NCBI GenBank assembly: GCA_965203445.1 | Contig: OZ241883.1 | Span: 2,080,001-2,144,000 of the forward strand | Direction: 5' to 3' | From: Candidatus Oxydemutator sp. | GTDB lineage: Bacteria > Pseudomonadota > Gammaproteobacteria > Poriferisulfidales > Oxydemutatoraceae | DNA: 64,000 nucleotides | Part shown: one piece after another, positions 61,500 to 64,000 of the stretch | How positions within the stretch are numbered: the first letter of the stretch is position 1 | Layout of the letters: each line of letters begins with the position of its first letter | Notes under the pieces: model-generated | Told to the model about the DNA's origin: nothing | What the model saw: only the letters and a program-made list of their open reading frames with translations | Database searches by the model: none | Made by a program: the position numbers and the translations under genes

Positions 61500-61949
61500 T
61501 CAGGCGATGCCGGCGCGTGAAAAATACGACAGCACGTTGCTCAAAAAATAATTGAAGCGCCATTTTGCGCCCAACCATTCACCTCGCCGGCGGCACTTGG
61601 CCTCGGCCATCGCCGCATCCGGCTGCAACGCTTCGGCCTGGCGGGTATCGTGGTAGATGCGAATCCGCAAGTGCAGGATCGGCGTCGGTGACGCGCGACC
61701 GTGGTCGCTGCAAAAGCTGCACACCAGGTTTATGGTCGTCGTATAGCGCGTGCGTCGTTGCACGCCCAGCGCCAGCAGATAGCCGTCCCTGGCGGTCACG
61801 CGACCGCTGCCCGGCTGCATGTCGAATTCCTCGCATAAGCGGTCGAGCAGGCGAAAGTTACGCCCGTAGAGCCGCATCAAACCGTCGAAATCGGCGCCCG
61901 CCCCGGCGATGCGCGCACGCCGAGCGGATACCAGCGCCGTCGCGTTCAC
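61500..61949 (-). CDS. DUF1249 (YqiB-like) protein
   Basis: LM.LY..NF, RYTT, RIYHD.RQAE, KW.FN.FL. Confidence 0.75.
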   Translation of the reverse strand: MNATALVSARRARIAGAGADFDGLMRLYGRNFRLLDRLCEEFDMQPGSGRVTARDGYLLALGVQRRTRYTTTINLVCSFCSDHGRASPTPILHLRIRIYHDTRQAEALQPDAAMAEAKCRRRGEWLGAKWRFNYFLSNVLSYFSRAGIA

Positions 61950-62389
61950 GCTGCGCCCCGTCCGCACGTCCGCACCCAGCCGGCGTTCTGGTAACCGCAA
62001 GCGCACATGCAGAGGTATTGAAAATCCCGTGGCCCCACTCTGTCTCCGACAATGCAAAGCCGACGATCCTGGCCGTCGGCGAAGCGAATGCATATTTGCA
62101 GATAATAGCAAAAAACGTGCTCGACCCGAAACACCGCGACCCGCGACGCGACCCGGCGCACCCGGCACGCGACGACGCCGCGTCCCGGTTCGACTCCGAG
62201 CGCCGACACGCGCGCACGGCGCGCTACGCGGCGCCTGTACCAAGTGGCGTGCGCGAATAACGCGACACCGATGCAAATCGCGGCCGTAACCGGCATCTGC
62301 AACAGAGGCGTGACACCGAACGCCAGGCAATAGACGGCAACCAGCGCCGCGGCGGCGACGCGCGACGGCGCCAGTTCAATCCAACGCAC
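61946..62389 (-). CDS. YgfX/CptA-like membrane protein
   Basis: L.PSR followed by two TMs, C-terminal D....DF..L; downstream of sdhE; start uncertain. Confidence 0.55.
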   Translation of the reverse strand: MRWIELAPSRVAAAALVAVYCLAFGVTPLLQMPVTAAICIGVALFAHATWYRRRVARRARVSALGVEPGRGVVACRVRRVASRVAVFRVEHVFCYYLQICIRFADGQDRRLCIVGDRVGPRDFQYLCMCACGYQNAGWVRTCGRGAA

Positions 62390-62633
62390 GGCGACCGGCG
62401 ATACGCCGGGCGACGCGGTCGAGCGCTGCGTCGTCGCCGTGCTCGCGAGCGCCGAGCAAGCGGCGGAGCTCCGGATCCGGAAGTTCCAATAATTTTTCAA
62501 ACGCCGCGCGTTCATCGGGTTGCGCCTGGTCGTAATCACGTTCGAGATAACGCGACAGCAGCAGGTCGAGTTCGCGCGTGCCTCTACGGCACAGCCAGTG
62601 TAGCCGTTTTCGGTCGGCGCCGGCGGCGGTCAC
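62376..62633 (-). CDS. sdhE: SDH flavin assembly factor
   Basis: RLHWLCRRGTRELD (RGxxE), LL..PDPEL. Confidence 0.92.
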   Translation of the reverse strand: MTAAGADRKRLHWLCRRGTRELDLLLSRYLERDYDQAQPDERAAFEKLLELPDPELRRLLGAREHGDDAALDRVARRIAGRRALD

Positions 62634-62735
62634 GTCAATCTCGCGCGCCAGCGTACGGCGCCGACGCGGGCGATGAACCAGCCGTGCCGACGAACGCGCA
62701 CGGCGCGCCGACGAAGGAACCGAACGCGGGCACCG

Positions 62736-63512
62736 TCACAAGCGGCGTGCAATCAGCAGTTTCTTGATCTCGGCGATGGCCCTGGCCGGATTCAGCCCCT
62801 TGGGACAGGCATCGGCGCAATTCATGATCGTATGGCAGCGATAGAGCCTGAAGGAATCCTCCAGCTCATCCAGGCGCTCGCCGGCGAACTCGTCGCGGCT
62901 GTCGGCGATCCAGCGGTACGCCTGGAGCAGAATCGCCGGTCCCAGGTAGCGCTCGCCGTTCCACCAGTAACTCGGGCAGCTGGTCGAGCAGCACGCGCAC
63001 AGTATGCACTCCTCCAGGCCGTCCAGTTTCTCGCGGTCCTCGAGCGACTGCAGGCGCTCGCGGTCGGGCGCCGGCGTCTGCGTGCGCATCCACGGCCGGA
63101 TCGACGCGTACTGCGCGTAGAAGTGCGTAAGATCCGGCACCAGGTCCTTGAGCACCGGCATGTGCGGCAGCGGGAACACCTTGACGTCTCCGCGCACGTC
63201 GCCGATCTCCTTAGTGCACGCCAGCGTGTTGCGCCCGGCGACGTTCATCGAGCACGACCCGCAGATGCCCTCGCGGCACGAGCGTCGGAAGGTCAGCGTC
63301 GGATCCATCTCGTTCTTGATCTTGATCAGCGCGTCGAGCACCATCGGCCCGCAATCGTCAAGGGCGACGTCGTAGGCGTCGGTGCGCGGATTCTCGCCGC
63401 CGTCGGCGTCGTAGCGATAGACGATGAAGCGCTTGACGCGCCCGGCGCCCGACGCCGGGTAATAGCGGCCTTTCTTGACTATCGAATTGGCCGGGAGTCT
63501 GAATTGCGCCAT
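62736..63512 (-). CDS. sdhB: Succinate dehydrogenase iron-sulfur subunit
   Basis: [30 protein letters not shown]...CPK. Confidence 0.97.
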   Translation of the reverse strand: MAQFRLPANSIVKKGRYYPASGAGRVKRFIVYRYDADGGENPRTDAYDVALDDCGPMVLDALIKIKNEMDPTLTFRRSCREGICGSCSMNVAGRNTLACTKEIGDVRGDVKVFPLPHMPVLKDLVPDLTHFYAQYASIRPWMRTQTPAPDRERLQSLEDREKLDGLEECILCACCSTSCPSYWWNGERYLGPAILLQAYRWIADSRDEFAGERLDELEDSFRLYRCHTIMNCADACPKGLNPARAIAEIKKLLIARRL

Positions 63513-63527
63513 CGCGTTCTCCGGGCC

Positions 63528-64000
63528 TTAATACACCCGCGCCTGCGGCGGGACGACCTCGACGTCGTCGGTCAACGTGCGCAGATGCACCGGGCGGTAC
63601 GCGATGTCCACGGCGCCGGACGCCTCGTCGAAGCGCAGCAGCGTGTGTTTCATCCAGCTCTCGTCGTCGCGTTCGGGATAATCGTCGCGCGCGTGCGCGC
63701 CGCGGGTTTCGAGACGGTTCAGCGCGCCCGCCACCGTGCACACCGCCTGCGGCAGCAGGTTCGCAAGTTCGAGCGTCTCGACCAGGTCGGTGTTCCAGAT
63801 CAGCGAGCGATCCGAGACGCGCACGCGCGCGAAGCGCGCGTACACGTCGCGCACCTGGGCCAGGCCGTCTTCGAGACGCTCGCCGGTGCGAAACACCGCG
63901 GCGTACGCCTGCATAATTTTCTGCATCTCGAGGCGCAGCGCCGCCGTCGGCTGGTCGCCGTCGGCGTGGCGCAGGCCGTCAAAGCGTTCGAGCGTGCGCG
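63528..64000 (-). CDS. sdhA: Succinate dehydrogenase flavoprotein, C-terminal part
   Basis: WNTDLVETLEL, ETRGAHAR, RDD..WMKHT, terminal RVY. Confidence 0.95.
   Translation of the reverse strand, partial: RTLERFDGLRHADGDQPTAALRLEMQKIMQAYAAVFRTGERLEDGLAQVRDVYARFARVRVSDRSLIWNTDLVETLELANLLPQAVCTVAGALNRLETRGAHARDDYPERDDESWMKHTLLRFDEASGAVDIAYRPVHLRTLTDDVEVVPPQARVY

Overview
GC-rich chromosomal segment, most likely from a gammaproteobacterium (inferred from gene order such as miaB-phoH-ybeY-corC-lnt-leuS, smc-zipA-ligA and accA-tilS-pyrG-kdsA-eno). Most of it is housekeeping and surface-glycan genes. Three accessory regions stand out. (1) An AT-rich, defence-like island at about 23.2-32.6 kb between an oxoprolinase/HyuB gene and an asnB-family gene, with a duplicated 3' end of hyuB. 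It holds a sacsin-like ATPase/DUF3883 nuclease, a tandem-repeat protein, an RHH + 2-TM + HNH trio, IS5 remnants, an NYN RNase with a structured leader RNA, pseI and a VapC fragment. (2) IS481 debris next to a core-less NHLP-leader gene at about 34.9-36.2 kb. (3) The best candidate for a new system: a 1377-bp element at 53905-55281 carrying only an apparently intact tnpB. It is bounded by perfect 26-bp terminal inverted repeats and an 8-bp target-site duplication, which are DDE/IS1595-type signatures not expected for IS200/IS605 or IS607 elements, and it sits immediately upstream of the accA start codon. No rRNA, tRNA or CRISPR array was recognised. All calls come from reading the sequence and ORF track by eye; no searches were run.
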